Of a stretch of DNA of 64,000 bases, positions 1 to 9,310 are shown one piece after another (within the stretch, counting starts at the first letter, position 1; every line of letters begins with the position of its first letter). The notes beneath the pieces were generated by a model. That model searched no databases, was not told the origin of the DNA, and saw only the letters and a program-made list of their open reading frames with translations. The DNA is from Motiliproteus sp. (GTDB lineage Bacteria; Pseudomonadota; Gammaproteobacteria; Pseudomonadales; Balneatricaceae): contig JBLIEQ010000014.1 in the NCBI GenBank assembly GCA_047633175.1, positions 24,843 to 88,842 of the forward strand, written 5' to 3'. The position numbers and the translations under genes are program-made.

Positions 1-331
1 GACGGTAATATTCGACCGTTTCATCAAGGTGCTCAAACAGCGGCTTTCTATCAAAATAGCCACTTCCAACAATATAAGCGGCAGTTTCAAAGCGGTCGAT
101 TATCTGTAGCTCAACTGCTGTCAGGCCCTTAAGGAGGTAGCCCCTGACCTGTCGTTGATCGTCTTCGAGCAATACCGGGAAGGGGTTCCAGTCGTGAACC
201 ACAATCGCTTTGGCGTAGTAACCGCTGAGCGTATGCGGGGTTTTAGTCGGAATCCGCTGTAACAGCGCCTGCAGTACCTTATCGAAACACAGGGTACCGT
301 AGACGAAGATTGAGCCGCTCAATCGACTCAC
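1..331 (-). CDS. gamma-glutamylcyclotransferase-like (AIG2/GGCT family) protein, partial; the 3' end runs off the window
   Basis: My own minus-strand translation gives (L/V)SGSIFVYGTLCFDKVLQALLQRIPTKTPHTLSGYYAKAIVVHDWNPFPVLLEDDQRQVRGYLL..., which carries the FVYGTL signature of the family. It is absent from the ORF track because it is open at the window edge. The start is either TTG at 322 or GTG at 331; the GTG overlaps the upstream stop as GTGA. Confidence 0.55.
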   Translation of the reverse strand, partial: MSRLSGSIFVYGTLCFDKVLQALLQRIPTKTPHTLSGYYAKAIVVHDWNPFPVLLEDDQRQVRGYLLKGLTAVELQIIDRFETAAYIVGSGYFDRKPLFEHLDETVEYYR

Positions 332-1818
332 AGGCTGATCCAGACAGATTTCAGATCGGTATACTTGTCCATCGCATGCAGCGACTTATCGCGACCGTTA
401 CCCGAACCCTTAACACCGCCAAACGGCATGGTGCTGTCACCGCCACCCCAGCTATTAACCCAGACCATACCGCTCTGAATCTTGGCGCTGACACGGTGCG
501 CCCGCGACAGGTTATCGGTCCAGATCGATGCACCCAGGCCATACATGCAATCATTGGCCAGTGCCAGGGCCTCCTCTTCAGTCTCGAATTCGGATACCGC
601 CAGTACCGGGCCGAAAATCTCTTCGCGCACGAAGGTCATCTGGTTGTTGGCATCGGTGATAATCGTCGGTCTCGCGAAGTAGCCCTGCCCTTCGACATAT
701 TCAGGCAAGCCGCCTACCAGTATTTTGCCACCCTCGTCGATGGCTGATTGGATGTAGCGCTCGACCGTTGCCAGTTGGGCACGATCGACCATCGGTCCCA
801 TCCTTGTCTGTGGATCTAGCGGATTACCCGGCTGGTAGGCCGCAGCGGCTTCGACCAGGGCATCGAGGAATTGCGCCTTGATCGCCTTGTGCAGATACAA
901 CCGTGACCCGGCGATACAGACTTCGCCTTGATTGCAGAAGATCGCGGCCGCCGCCGTCGTGGCTGCTTTGTTGATATCGGCATAGTCATCAAACACCACC
1001 ACCGGTGACTTGCCACCGGCTTCGATCCAGACGCGCTTCATATTCGACTGGCCGGAATAGCCCATCAGCATTCCAGCCACTCGGGTCGAGCCGGTGAACG
1101 CCAGGACATTGACATCGTTGTGGAGCGCCAGCGCCTTGCCGGCGGTATGACCGTAGCCGGGCACGACGTTTAAGACCCCGTTGGGCAGGCCCGCTTCGGT
1201 TGCCAATTCAGCCAGCCGCAGCACGCTCAACGAGGCTTTCTCGGAGGGTTTCAGCACCACGCTGTTACCGGCACTCAGCGCCGGCGCCAGCTTCCAGGTG
1301 GCGATCATCAGCGGGTAGTTCCAGGGGGTAATCGCCGCCACCACTCCGGCAGGATGCTGGCTGATCAATCCCAGGGTATTATTATCGGTCGGGGCGATCT
1401 CACCATACTGCTTATCGACGGTTTCGGCGGTCCAGCGCAGGCAATCGATGGCATCGGGGATATCGATGTTAATCATCTCGAAGATCGATTTACCCATATC
1501 CAGGGTGTCGAGTACGGCGAATTCATCCTGGTGCTGTTCGACCAGATCGGCCAGTTTCAACATCACCCGTTTGCGCTGAGCCGGCGCTGCCTGAGACCAT
1601 TCGCCGGAGCGGAACGCCTGCAGGCCGCTGGCAACGGCGACATCGACATCGGCCTGATCACAACTGGCAACATCGACCAGCCGCTGTTCGGTGGCCGGGT
1701 TGATTGAGGCAAAGGTCTCGCCGCTCAGCGCAGGCCTGAAGCGGCCATCTATATAAGCCTGTCCATGCAGGGTCAGTGTTTTAGCTAATTCGTTCCAGTC
1801 GGTAGTGGTCTTCATCAT
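328..1818 (-). CDS. NAD-dependent aldehyde dehydrogenase, PuuC-like (gamma-glutamyl-gamma-aminobutyraldehyde dehydrogenase type)
   Basis: 496 aa ORF, collinear with E. coli PuuC as I recall it. Shared stretches include WNYP, LKPSEKA, FTGST, EAGGKSP, CIAGSR, EEIFGPV and a C-terminus GNGRDKSLHAMDKYTDLKSVWISL. Confidence 0.9.
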   Translation of the reverse strand: MMKTTTDWNELAKTLTLHGQAYIDGRFRPALSGETFASINPATEQRLVDVASCDQADVDVAVASGLQAFRSGEWSQAAPAQRKRVMLKLADLVEQHQDEFAVLDTLDMGKSIFEMINIDIPDAIDCLRWTAETVDKQYGEIAPTDNNTLGLISQHPAGVVAAITPWNYPLMIATWKLAPALSAGNSVVLKPSEKASLSVLRLAELATEAGLPNGVLNVVPGYGHTAGKALALHNDVNVLAFTGSTRVAGMLMGYSGQSNMKRVWIEAGGKSPVVVFDDYADINKAATTAAAAIFCNQGEVCIAGSRLYLHKAIKAQFLDALVEAAAAYQPGNPLDPQTRMGPMVDRAQLATVERYIQSAIDEGGKILVGGLPEYVEGQGYFARPTIITDANNQMTFVREEIFGPVLAVSEFETEEEALALANDCMYGLGASIWTDNLSRAHRVSAKIQSGMVWVNSWGGGDSTMPFGGVKGSGNGRDKSLHAMDKYTDLKSVWISL

Positions 1819-2019
1819 CGATTCTCTTAGGCGGGTGACCCTGGCGTGCGGCTGACCCGGTTGGCTGGCTACTGAACATTAAATACAGTAATGATAAGCA
1901 GCCTATTCAATCGCGATGCCGATTGGATATATCCCCGTGGGGGTATTTTTGGTTATCTGCTGGTGCGTTGTTGGGAGACAAGGGGTCAGGTCTTTCAATG
2001 TGCGAGTGGAGGCAGGGGG

Positions 2020-2235
2020 TCAGCCCTTGCTGATGCTCAAGCGAACTAGCGCATACAGGGTGAGGCAAACAAACAGGGCCAGAGCGGGTAACAGGACGAC
2101 ATCCAGATAGCCTACCACCGAGGAAAGGCCTATAGCTCCAAGCAATATAACCAAGATTGGAGTAAAGCAGCACAATGCAGCGAGAGCGCTGCCGATAATA
2201 CCCGTCTTGAGTAGAGCCGTGTTTTTTATCATCAC
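2020..2235 (-). CDS. MerF-like two-helix membrane metal (Hg-type) transporter
   Basis: 71 aa. The stretch IIGSALAALCCFTPILVILLGAIGLSSVVGYLDVVLLPALALF closely matches the MerF N-terminal helix pair with its vicinal CC. The second C-terminal CC pair of canonical MerF is absent. Confidence 0.7.
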   Translation of the reverse strand: MMIKNTALLKTGIIGSALAALCCFTPILVILLGAIGLSSVVGYLDVVLLPALALFVCLTLYALVRLSISKG

Positions 2236-2317
2236 TTAATAGCCTTGTGTTATAGATTCACTAGATGCCCTTCGCCGTCAGAACAGCTGAGCACGGACTC
2301 TCGAATATAGTTATTGC

Positions 2318-2764
2318 TCAGGTTGGAAACTCCTTGAGGCAGCACTTCCCTGATGGGTTTCTGATGTCACAAGCACAGTTTTTAAGCTTGGTCTGCTCCA
2401 TGACAAAGACCCTGCTGGCGCAGGTTCCTGTCTTTTCGATCTCTGCCATGATTCTTGAATGGCTAATACCGAAGCAGTAGCAAATAACTCGACCTGGCTG
2501 TGTTGATTTGTGACCGACCTCCGCGCGAATCTGAGAGGCGTCAATAGCGGCACCTCCGTTAGAAAAATACACGGTATTGCAGCTAGTGCTTCTGCAGAAG
2601 TAGAAATCATCGGGCGGTAGCTGCTGGTTAAGAGGGGCGACCACCTGGTGCATCAGAGTGACCCGCTCAACGCGTTTCGCAGAAATGCCACAACAGGGAC
2701 AGGAAGCCGCTTGCCTGGTCTTGGCCGTTACCTTTTCAGAACTGGATGAACAGCAACTGTCCAT
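2318..2764 (-). CDS. cysteine-rich metal-binding protein (CopZ-N-terminal / BFD-like zinc-finger or Fe-S type)
   Basis: 148 aa with CC, CPCC, CxxxC, CYC, CAC and KCC motifs. It lies directly upstream of the MerF-like gene on the same strand and downstream of the MerR-type promoter. Confidence 0.6.
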   Translation of the reverse strand: MDSCCSSSSEKVTAKTRQAASCPCCGISAKRVERVTLMHQVVAPLNQQLPPDDFYFCRSTSCNTVYFSNGGAAIDASQIRAEVGHKSTQPGRVICYCFGISHSRIMAEIEKTGTCASRVFVMEQTKLKNCACDIRNPSGKCCLKEFPT

Positions 2765-2845
2765 TGAGTGTCACTCCTGTCATGCAGATGGGTTACCCGC
2801 CTTCGCCGTGGTGGTGGTGGTTAGCGAAGCGATACTGTTATCCTC

Positions 2846-2876
2846 AGTATAAAACCTGTAGTAACTACAGATTCAA
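2846..2876 (-). promoter_or_regulatory. MerR-type promoter/operator: TTGAAT-N19-TATACT with the palindrome CTGTAG-TAA-CTACAG inside the spacer
   Basis: Read on the minus strand: -35 TTGAAT (2876-2871), a 19-nt spacer (2870-2852) and -10 TATACT (2851-2846). The perfect 6-3-6 palindrome at 2856-2870 sits inside the over-long spacer. This is the hallmark architecture of MerR-family activated promoters. Confidence 0.7.
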
Positions 2877-2898
2877 GCGCAGGGAGGGAGAAAGTTTG

Positions 2899-3312
2899 AT
2901 GGCAAAAAAAAGGGAGACGCTGAGCATTGGCGGACTATCGACGCTGACCGGCTGCAATATCGAAACCATCCGCTATTACGAGAAGATGACCCTATTGCCA
3001 GCCCCCGCCAGAACCGCGGGAGGGCATCGACTGTACCCGGTAACCTTACAGAAACGTCTGATGTTTATTTGTAGGGCTCGCCGACTGGGCTTCACCCTGG
3101 AAGAGGTGCGCCATCTGTTAGGACTAACCGAGGGTGACTACTCATGCGCTGAGGTCAAGCAGGTGGTCCTGGGCCACCTGGGTGTTGTTAGAAACAGAAT
3201 TGAGGAACTCGTCAGGTTGGAGACCAACCTGACGTCGATGGCTGCCCAATGCACCGGTGGAGCGTTGCCCAACTGCGCGGCGATAGACAGCCTGTTTGAT
3301 ATGACCGACTAA
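2899..3312 (+). CDS. MerR-family metal-responsive transcriptional regulator
   Basis: The HTH LSIGGLSTLTGCNIETIRYYEKMTLL is followed by a coiled coil. Cysteines fall at positions 83, 118 and 126 counted from ATG 2899, close to MerR C82/C117/C126. AGGGAGGGAG lies upstream of ATG 2899, so the track ORF start at 2746 is an upstream extension. Confidence 0.9.
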   Translation: MAKKRETLSIGGLSTLTGCNIETIRYYEKMTLLPAPARTAGGHRLYPVTLQKRLMFICRARRLGFTLEEVRHLLGLTEGDYSCAEVKQVVLGHLGVVRNRIEELVRLETNLTSMAAQCTGGALPNCAAIDSLFDMTD

Positions 3313-3331
3313 CAGCAAGGGCGCACAATGC

Positions 3332-3362
3332 AAGACCTGACCCCACAAATGCAGGTCTTTTA
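3332..3362 (+). terminator. possible intrinsic terminator after the MerR-family gene
   Basis: AAGACCTG / CAGGTCTT form an 8-bp stem with a 12-nt loop, followed by a short T run. Confidence 0.4.
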
Positions 3363-3409
3363 CTGTGGGAGCCGGGCTCCCTGCGATCACAAGGCCCCAC
3401 AAAAAAAGC

Positions 3410-5191
3410 TTAGAACTGCTCCTCGGGGAGCGCCAGGGTAGCCGCACTGCCGCTGACCACTGCGGCGACGCAGGCGCCGGTACGCGGTAACAGCTGCTCG
3501 CAGTAAAAACGCACCGTGATCAGTTTGGCATTCAGAAATTCTGGATCACCCCCGGCCGATTCCTGCAGCTCCAGAGCCCGGAGCGCGCTGCGGGCCATCA
3601 GCCAACCGCCGGTCAGGTAACCGAACAACAGCATAAAGTTAACACTCACGCTGGCGGCGGCCTGAGGATCCTCAGGCGCTGTCGCCAACAGCCACTGCTG
3701 GGCACGATTCCCATCATTTAGGGCGCTGCGCAATGCCTGGGCGACGGGCGCAAATCGAAACCCAACCGCATCGACGGCGGTTAGCGTCGCCTCTATATCT
3801 TCCAGTAACAGTGCCATCGACTGGCCGCCGTTAACCAGGTTCTTACGCCCGACCAGATCCAGCGCCTGGATGCCGGTCGTGCCTTCATAGATCGGCAGGA
3901 TCCGCGCATCACGGTAGAACTGCGCCGCGCCTGTCTCTTCGATATAGCCCATGCCGCCATGGATCTGCAACCCGAGGCTGGTGACCTCCTGGGCAAGCTC
4001 GGTGATCCAGCCTTTGATGATCGGGGTCAGGAGTTCGGCTCGCCCCTGATGGGCACGCGCCTGCTCGGGGTCTTGCGACCGCTGGGCCTGATCGATCTCC
4101 GAGGAGCCCAGATAGGCCAGCGCCCGCATCGCCTCGATTGACGCCCGCATCTGCATCAGCATTCTGCGGACATCGGGGTGCTTGATGATCGCGATCTGAG
4201 AGCCGTCTTTCTGAGTCCCCTGCAACCGCGCCTTGGCATAGTCCCGTGCATGCTGGTAGGCCCGTTCGGAGATCGCCAGACCCTGCAGCCCCACACCCTG
4301 GCGGGCATGGTTCATCATCGTAAACATGTACGTCAGGCCCCGGTTCTCCTCGCCGATCAGATAGCCTATCGCACCGCCCTCATCACCAAAACTCATCGCG
4401 CAGGTCGGGCTGCCGTGGATGCCCAGCTTATGCTCCAGCGACAGCGCCCTGGCATCATTGCGCTGGGCCGGGTTGCCCTGGTCATCGAGGAGAAACTTGG
4501 GGACGATAAACAGCGAAATCCCTTTAACGCCGGCCGGGGCATCGGGGAGGCGAGCCAACACCAGATGGACGATGTTCTCGGTCATCTGATGATCGCCCCA
4601 GGTAATAAAGATCTTCTGTCCGCTGATCCGGTAGTGTGCACCCTCGCGCACTGCACGGGTCTTAATCGCCGCCAGATCGGAACCGGCACCCGGTTCGGTC
4701 AGATTCATCGTCCCGGTCCACTCACCGGTGACCATCTTCGGCAGGAATTTTTGCTGCAGCTCCTCACTGCCATGATGGATGATCGCCTCGATCGCGCCTT
4801 GGCCCAGCAGCGGGCAGAGCGCCAGCGCCATATTGGCCGATTGCCAGATCTCCATCACGGCCGTACCCAGTAGGTTCGGCAGCGCCTGCCCACCGAAGGC
4901 TTCTGGCGCCGTCAAGGATCCCCAGCCGCCCTCGACATACTGCTGATAAGCCTCAGCAAAGCCGGGGGTCTGCTGCACCCCCTCGGCATTCAGCGTCGGC
5001 AGTTGCTGATCGCCGACCCAATTCAACGGTGACAGCACCTCGGTGCCCAGCCGCCCCGCTTCGTCGAGGATGGCGTTAGACAGCTCGGCATTAACGTCCT
5101 CAATGCCCAGCTTCTGGCAGAGGCTGTCGAAGCCGATCAACTCGTTGATCACAAACTGCATATCGGGATAGGGGTGGCTATATTTAGTCAT
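3410..5191 (-). CDS. long-form acyl-CoA dehydrogenase (about 590 aa class with extra C-terminal domain, DmdC/AidB-like)
   Basis: 593 aa. The core shows ACAD motifs (TEPGAGSDL, GGMGYIEETG...YRDARI) and is followed by a C-terminal helical extension. Confidence 0.88.
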   Translation of the reverse strand: MTKYSHPYPDMQFVINELIGFDSLCQKLGIEDVNAELSNAILDEAGRLGTEVLSPLNWVGDQQLPTLNAEGVQQTPGFAEAYQQYVEGGWGSLTAPEAFGGQALPNLLGTAVMEIWQSANMALALCPLLGQGAIEAIIHHGSEELQQKFLPKMVTGEWTGTMNLTEPGAGSDLAAIKTRAVREGAHYRISGQKIFITWGDHQMTENIVHLVLARLPDAPAGVKGISLFIVPKFLLDDQGNPAQRNDARALSLEHKLGIHGSPTCAMSFGDEGGAIGYLIGEENRGLTYMFTMMNHARQGVGLQGLAISERAYQHARDYAKARLQGTQKDGSQIAIIKHPDVRRMLMQMRASIEAMRALAYLGSSEIDQAQRSQDPEQARAHQGRAELLTPIIKGWITELAQEVTSLGLQIHGGMGYIEETGAAQFYRDARILPIYEGTTGIQALDLVGRKNLVNGGQSMALLLEDIEATLTAVDAVGFRFAPVAQALRSALNDGNRAQQWLLATAPEDPQAAASVSVNFMLLFGYLTGGWLMARSALRALELQESAGGDPEFLNAKLITVRFYCEQLLPRTGACVAAVVSGSAATLALPEEQF

Positions 5192-5280
5192 AAAAAGTCA
5201 CTCATAACGAGGGTCACTCTCAACAAGAATTAAAGGTGTGATTGCGGTCTACGGCCCTGGGTAAAGAGCCGAAAACCACG

Positions 5281-7647
5281 TTATAGAGCGGTCTTCTGGG
5301 CCTGCGGCTCTTTGGGTCGCAGGATCAGGCGCGCCAACGCGGGTAGCAGGATCAGCGCCCCGAGCATGTTCCACAGGAACATAAAGGTTAGCAGTATCCC
5401 CAGATCGGCCTGGAATTTAATCGGTGACCAGGCCCAGGTACCCACGCCTATCGCCAGGGTCAGGCCGGTAAAGGCAACCGCCTTGCCGGTGCTGCGCAAC
5501 GTCAGCAGGTAGGCATCGGTCAGCGACTCCCCCGCCCGCAGATAACGCTCCAGCTTGGTATAGATATAGAGGCCGTAATCCACGCCGATGCCCACCCCCA
5601 GGGCGATCACAGGCAGGGTTGCCACCTTGACCCCAATGCCCATATAGGTCATCAGCGCCTGACAGAGCACCGAGGTCATCGCCAGCGGCAGGATAATACA
5701 GACCACTGCTTTCACCGACCTGAAGGTTAACAACACCAGCAAGCCGACCACCCCGTAGACCCAGGCCAGCATCTGATACTGCGCCTTCTCTATCACGATA
5801 TTGGTCGCCGCCTCGATACCGGCATTGCCGGCCGCCAGTTCGAACTGCAGCTCATCACTGTTGTGCTCAGCGGCAAAAGCAGCCGCCGCATCCGCCACCC
5901 GGGTCAGGGTCTCGGCCTTGTGATCGTTAAGATAGATCACCACCGGCAGGAAATTACAGGCGCTGTTGAGCATCCCCGGTGGCACATGCTTACCGCTGGT
6001 GGCCGAATTCATTACCAGTTGATTCCGCGAGAGCTCGGCCCATTTAAAGTTACCCTCGTTCATCCCTACCAGGCCGCGCTTAGCGACGTTGACCATGGAG
6101 AAGGACGACTGCACCCCCGCCTGAGTTTCGATCATGGCCTGGAAGTCTTCGACTAGGGTCAGAGTCTCGTAGCTGACACAGGCCGCATCAGCAGTCTTAA
6201 CCATGACCACAAACAGATCGGCGCTGGTGGTGAAGTTAGCGGTAATAAAGGCATTATCGCGGTTATAGCGTGAGTCCTGGCGCAGCTCCGGGGCACCGGC
6301 ATCCAGGTCGCCAATCTTCAGATCGCCGCTGTACACCACCCCCCAGATCACCAGCACTGCGGAGATCAGTACGGTCAGGGTGGCGGGTACCGGACGGGTA
6401 AAGGACGTCAAGCTGATCCAGAGTTTGTCCAGGATATTAAAGTGATCGCCTGCCGCACGGACGCCGGTGTAGGACAGCACGATCGGCAGCAGCACCAGAT
6501 TGGTCAGCACCACGGTGGCGATCCCCAGGCTGGCAGCGATCGCCAGCTCTTTAATCACCGCGATATCGATCACCATCAGGGTGATAAAGCCGATACCGTC
6601 GCTCAGCAGGGCGATAAAACCGGGAATATAGAGCATCTTGAACGCTAGGCGGGCGGCACGGTATTTATCCACGCCGTTGCCCACCTCGATGGCGGTCGCA
6701 TTCACGATCTGTACGCCGTGAGAAATAGCGATCGCGAAGACCAGGAAGGGCACCAGCATCGAGTACGGATCCAGCTCGAACCCCAGCATCCGCAACAATC
6801 CCAGCTGCCAGATCACCGCCACCAGCGAACAGCCCAGCGGCACCAGCGTGCCGGTCCAGCAGCGCGAATAGACGTACATCAGCACCAGGGTGATCCCGAT
6901 CGCTGCGGCAAAGAACAGCCCGACCTTAGACGCGCCCTCGATCAGATCCCCCACCACCTTGGCAAAACCGGTGATGTGAATCTTGACTGTCGGGGATTCA
7001 TATTTTTGCCGCACCAGCCGCTCCAGCCGCTTCGAGAGCTGGTCATAATCCAGGGCCTCCCCAGTCTCTGGATTGATATCCAGGAGGGGTGCCAGGATGA
7101 TCGCCGATTTAGCATTATTGGCAACCAGGGAGCCGATGCTGCCCGATTTGGCGACATTAGCGCGGAGCTTATCCAGTTCGCTGGCAGAACCATCATAGTC
7201 GGCCGGGATCACCGGCCCGCCCACAAAGCCCTCTTCGGTCACTTCGGTCCAGCGCACCTCGGGCATCCAGATCGACTTCAACCCGGAACGATCGACGCCG
7301 GGAATAAAAAATACCTCGTCGTTGATCTGTTTCAGGGTTTCCTGAAATTCGGCACTATAGATCGTCTCGTCGGTGGTCTCTACCGCGATCCGCAACCGGT
7401 TACCCAGGCCTGCCATCTGCTCTTTGTTCTGCAGATAGTTATGAATATAGGGGTGACCGGTGGGGATCATCTTTTCATAACTGGCCCCCAGGGTGATCTG
7501 CGAGGCGTAATAGGAAAATAGGGCGGTGAGTCCGAGGAAGATCAGCAACAATAGAGGACGTCTGCCGAACAACAGCTGCTCTACCTTCGCTTCTGATTTA
7601 TCCAGCGGATGCACACGCGGGGTATCCTGATGTTTACTGTACGTCAT
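5281..7647 (-). CDS. RND/MMPL-superfamily transporter (HpnN-like, 12 TM with two periplasmic loops)
   Basis: 788 aa with two blocks of hydrophobic helices separated by soluble loops. Only 2 nt separate it from the upstream BNR gene stop. Confidence 0.85.
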   Translation of the reverse strand: MTYSKHQDTPRVHPLDKSEAKVEQLLFGRRPLLLLIFLGLTALFSYYASQITLGASYEKMIPTGHPYIHNYLQNKEQMAGLGNRLRIAVETTDETIYSAEFQETLKQINDEVFFIPGVDRSGLKSIWMPEVRWTEVTEEGFVGGPVIPADYDGSASELDKLRANVAKSGSIGSLVANNAKSAIILAPLLDINPETGEALDYDQLSKRLERLVRQKYESPTVKIHITGFAKVVGDLIEGASKVGLFFAAAIGITLVLMYVYSRCWTGTLVPLGCSLVAVIWQLGLLRMLGFELDPYSMLVPFLVFAIAISHGVQIVNATAIEVGNGVDKYRAARLAFKMLYIPGFIALLSDGIGFITLMVIDIAVIKELAIAASLGIATVVLTNLVLLPIVLSYTGVRAAGDHFNILDKLWISLTSFTRPVPATLTVLISAVLVIWGVVYSGDLKIGDLDAGAPELRQDSRYNRDNAFITANFTTSADLFVVMVKTADAACVSYETLTLVEDFQAMIETQAGVQSSFSMVNVAKRGLVGMNEGNFKWAELSRNQLVMNSATSGKHVPPGMLNSACNFLPVVIYLNDHKAETLTRVADAAAAFAAEHNSDELQFELAAGNAGIEAATNIVIEKAQYQMLAWVYGVVGLLVLLTFRSVKAVVCIILPLAMTSVLCQALMTYMGIGVKVATLPVIALGVGIGVDYGLYIYTKLERYLRAGESLTDAYLLTLRSTGKAVAFTGLTLAIGVGTWAWSPIKFQADLGILLTFMFLWNMLGALILLPALARLILRPKEPQAQKTAL

Positions 7648-7649
7648 GA

Positions 7650-8885
7650 TCAGTTTCCTTGCTTAGCGCTGGATGTCGGGACCGTTGTCGAGGCCGATGT
7701 CGGGGCAGAAAGCACAGGGGACAGCGCCAGAGGCTGAGCCCCGGCCAGACCCACCACCAGGATTCGATCAGCCGTCAGAGGCACGACCGCCATGCTCGGC
7801 GCAGGGATCGCTAAGCGCTGCATCCTAAAAGGCTGACCCGGTGACTTGACCAGTACCGCGCCGAAGCTGCCCACCAACACCAGGGTGCCATCCTCAAGCT
7901 GGGCGGCACCGGTGAGGGTACGCTTGAGCGGCAAGTCCAGCTGCTCCCAGCTATCACCACCGTCGGCACTGATAAAGGCGTGCCCGCGCAGGCCATAGAC
8001 CAGAAGCCGGTCATCGCCCAGCGACTGAGCGCCAAAGAAAGACCCCTCATAGGGCGATGCCAGCGCCTCCCAGCGATTATCGCCGTTAAGGCGTCGAAAC
8101 AGCACCCCCGCTTCTCCAGCGATCAGCACCCCGTTGTCGGTATAGGTGATCGCATTGAGGTGAAAGCCATTCGGATTGCCGAGTTCCTCCATCATCGGCT
8201 GCCAGCTCTTACCGCCGTCCTGAGTCGCCAGCAGCAGACCGTAGGCACCCAGCACATAGCCGTGGTCGGCATCGATAAAGGCCACATCCAACAGGGTGCG
8301 CAGCAACTTATCCTCTATGGCAAACTGGGCGTCCTCGGCACGAAACTGCAGCTCATCCAGCAGATCTTCCGTACTCTCGGGGTCCGCTACGGCACGGGCC
8401 AGCAGCTGCTGATAATAATCGGCCACCAATTGATTGATCTGCGGACCATCGAGCGCCAGGGTCCAGCTTTCACCCTGGTCGGTGCTGTTTAGCAGGATGC
8501 TGTCATGCCCCACTGCCCAGGCCGACGTGTCGGTCGCGGCATCGACCGCGGTCAATAGCACCGAGACCGGCACCTGCGCCTGACGCCAGTGCCCTCCCTG
8601 ATCGAATGAGATCAGGATGCGGCCCCGCTCACCGACGCTCAACAACCGGTCCGCCATCGGGGTGATATCCATCAGCGGAAAACGCTGCCCGGCATCGACA
8701 GGGGCCGAGGGGCGAGAGGCCCGGTCCGGCAGCGCCGCGAAGGAGAGTGTCGGCAGGATCAGCAGTGCCATCAGCACTGTCATCAGCACTGCCGTCGGAA
8801 GTACGGAGTCGAGGTGGCGTTGCTGAGGTCGGGAATGCCTGCAGACAAACGCAGAGCATCGATAAGGGAGATCATAATTAGCCAT
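7650..8885 (-). CDS. secreted BNR/Asp-box beta-propeller protein (Ycf48-like)
   Basis: 411 aa with an N-terminal signal-like segment. Four SxDxGxxW Asp-boxes are present: SFDQGGHW, STDQGESW, TQDGGKSW and SADGGDSW. Confidence 0.78.
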   Translation of the reverse strand: MANYDLPYRCSAFVCRHSRPQQRHLDSVLPTAVLMTVLMALLILPTLSFAALPDRASRPSAPVDAGQRFPLMDITPMADRLLSVGERGRILISFDQGGHWRQAQVPVSVLLTAVDAATDTSAWAVGHDSILLNSTDQGESWTLALDGPQINQLVADYYQQLLARAVADPESTEDLLDELQFRAEDAQFAIEDKLLRTLLDVAFIDADHGYVLGAYGLLLATQDGGKSWQPMMEELGNPNGFHLNAITYTDNGVLIAGEAGVLFRRLNGDNRWEALASPYEGSFFGAQSLGDDRLLVYGLRGHAFISADGGDSWEQLDLPLKRTLTGAAQLEDGTLVLVGSFGAVLVKSPGQPFRMQRLAIPAPSMAVVPLTADRILVVGLAGAQPLALSPVLSAPTSASTTVPTSSAKQGN

Positions 8886-9018
8886 AACCGCTTAACCCAG
8901 TACGTTATTGTAATTATTGTGTGTTGTTCACTCAGTCTCTATCGCCTGCGGCCCCACTTGGGGTTGATCACAACAATCAAGCCAACGGCAAGATCTGCTT
9001 TAGTGTCTAAGTAAGCGT

Positions 9019-9165
9019 AAATATAGTGCATGATTAGTCGTAGTTAGGCTACTAAGCCTTCTTCGCTAACTTATTGATTTTAAAACATAGGTTGCTGCCG
9101 ACGCGCCATAAGATACCACCTTGGCGCCTGAGGATAGACTGGCAGCCGATAGTTTGGCTTCAAAT
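9019..9165 (+). repeat. copy 1 of a ~147-nt collinear conserved block (partner at 11681-11827)
   Basis: Both copies share these blocks at identical spacing, with no indels: AAATATAGTGCATG, TTAGGCTA, TTCG.TAAC.TATTGAT, GCGCCATA.GATACCACCTTGGCG, GATAGA and GGCAGCCGATA.TTTG.CTT. Confidence 0.85.
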
Positions 9166-9310
9166 TCGGGCTGATGCCCCAGCAGAGAGCACCAGAGTAG
9201 AGGTCTGGCAGAGTTCCAATTTCGGGATGCTGAAGATCGATTCCGGAAAAACCGTTATCCGTGTTCGGCATGGGCCAGGACAGACACTCAACCAAAGGTC
9301 AGCCCCCGCG

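Noticed and set aside
2746-2898. N-terminal 51-codon extension of the MerR-family ORF, and ORFs 1907-2173 and 2311-2610
   Set aside because: The extension covers the operator/promoter and has an odd WWWW composition, and ATG 2899 has a strong Shine-Dalgarno sequence. The other two ORFs overlap the MerF-like and Cys-rich genes out of frame or in antisense.
4178-8492. Long antisense ORFs 4178-4873, 6718-7521 and 7980-8492
   Set aside because: They are shadow ORFs opposite the acyl-CoA dehydrogenase, RND and BNR genes, with His/Arg/Gln/Pro-rich low-complexity translations. The same applies to 310-747, 1354-1707, 30368-31096, 32142-32723, 38094-38813, 45926-46597, 56178-56696 and 60761-61498.
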